64,000 nt of DNA from NCBI RefSeq assembly GCF_009834535.1, contig NC_045696.1, positions 43,340,001-43,404,000 of the forward strand, given 5' to 3'. Below, piece after piece: positions 63,026 to 64,000 of the stretch; within the stretch, counting starts at the first letter, position 1; each line of letters starts with the position of its first letter. Under the pieces are notes generated by a model that saw only the letters and a list, made by a program, of their open reading frames with translations, did no database searches and was not told the DNA's origin. Made by a program: the position numbers and the translations under genes. The DNA comes from Camelus ferus. Taxonomy: Eukaryota.

Positions 63026-63347
63026 CAGTTGTCCTTCAGTATCTTAGAATTGGTTCCATTGGTTCCCTCAGAGACCAAAATCCTTGGATGCTAAATTCTC
63101 TTATATAAAATGGCAGTTGTATTTACATATAACCTACACACACATCCTTCTGCATACTTTAAATCGTCTTGATATTAAATCATCTCTAAATTGCTCATAA
63201 AACCTAATACAATGAATGCTATGGAAATAGTTATAAATATAATGTGAATACTATGTAAATAGTTGCCAGCACTTGGCAAATTCAAGTTTCACTTTTTGGA
63301 ATTTTTAAATTTTTTTTCCGAATATTTGATCCCAGATGGTTGAATCT
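63026..63347 (+). mobile_element. MER2/Tigger2-family TcMar MITE
   Basis: TA|CAGTTGTCCTTCAGTATC..TTGGTTCC..ACCAAAATCC..GGATGCT..CTTATATAAAATGGC..CATATAACCTAC..CCTAATACAATG. Confidence 0.85.
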
Positions 63348-63589
63348 CTCTCTGAAGTATTAAAGTATTTTCTCATTGTGATATATAATGATCCTCTTCT
63401 TATACCCCATTGAATGTTGTTTATTCATAGCTTGACTATATAGATTATTGTTTAAACTGGGTATATTGATAATAAAAAGTAATAATATTAATTATCTTCA
63501 CAGGAAAGCAAGGTAAAGTGGAATTTTTCCAGACAGTCACCTTAACTATAGTCATACAAATTATTCATGTACCTCTATTATCTCTCCTA

Positions 63590-63720
63590 GTACATGAACT
63601 ATGGCAAGTTAACTTAACCTCTCTAAGTCTTGGTTTTATAGTTTACAAAACACATATACCCTTAGAGTTGTATTGAAATTACATCTGATAATTTATGTAA
63701 ATAACTTTAAGCATAGTCAA
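63590..63720 (+). mobile_element. MIR SINE
   Basis: GGCAAGTTAACTTAACCTCTCTAAGTCTTGGTTTT..TAGAGTTGTATTGAAATTA. Confidence 0.65.
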
Positions 63721-64000
63721 ATGATCTATATCTATATTTATATGTGTATATATGTATATATATTTGTATCTAAACTATATTATTTCCTATTATTACTTTA
63801 TTATTTAAGTTATACATATTAAGAGAATAGTATTCAGTTTTAGCACCAATGCTCTGTAATGTCATTCCTTAATTACTGGCAATTTATATCACTTTCCTTC
63901 TGAATTTTTCAAGAACTCTACCTATGAAACAAAAACTATTGATTTTTTTATGACACGCATTCTCTGAAAATTGGTAGCTATTTAAAAAAGACACAGAATG

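Noticed and set aside
1..64000. Novel multi-gene system or CpG-island promoter
   Set aside because: No gene cluster, CpG island or non-repeat ORF with recognisable features; the observed structure is explained by known repeat classes and local duplications

Overview
AT-rich, CpG-poor mammalian genomic DNA, most likely from a camelid (camel/alpaca/vicuna). That call rests on a tRNA-Ala(AGC)-derived Vic-1-type SINE at 46062-46231 and young L1 copies with a camelid-type 3'UTR. I found no credible host protein-coding exon, RNA gene or CpG island, so the window reads as intergenic or deep-intronic DNA built from layers of retroelements and DNA transposons. These include L1 of several ages, L2, MIR, ERV1/ERVL/MaLR LTRs and hAT/Tigger MITEs. 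The only long ORF (33884-34735, 283 aa) is the intact C-terminus of L1 ORF2p, opened by an ATG in flanking DNA. Other points of interest: a truncated ERV1 provirus with a readable gag matrix remnant, a candidate short L1 3' transduction, several nested insertions with target-site duplications (TSDs), two perfect 14-bp-arm inverted repeats, and two repeat-free, motif-rich blocks that may be conserved enhancers. Repeat family names come from remembered consensus sequences and need RepeatMasker/Dfam confirmation. I see no supportable evidence of a new biological system.
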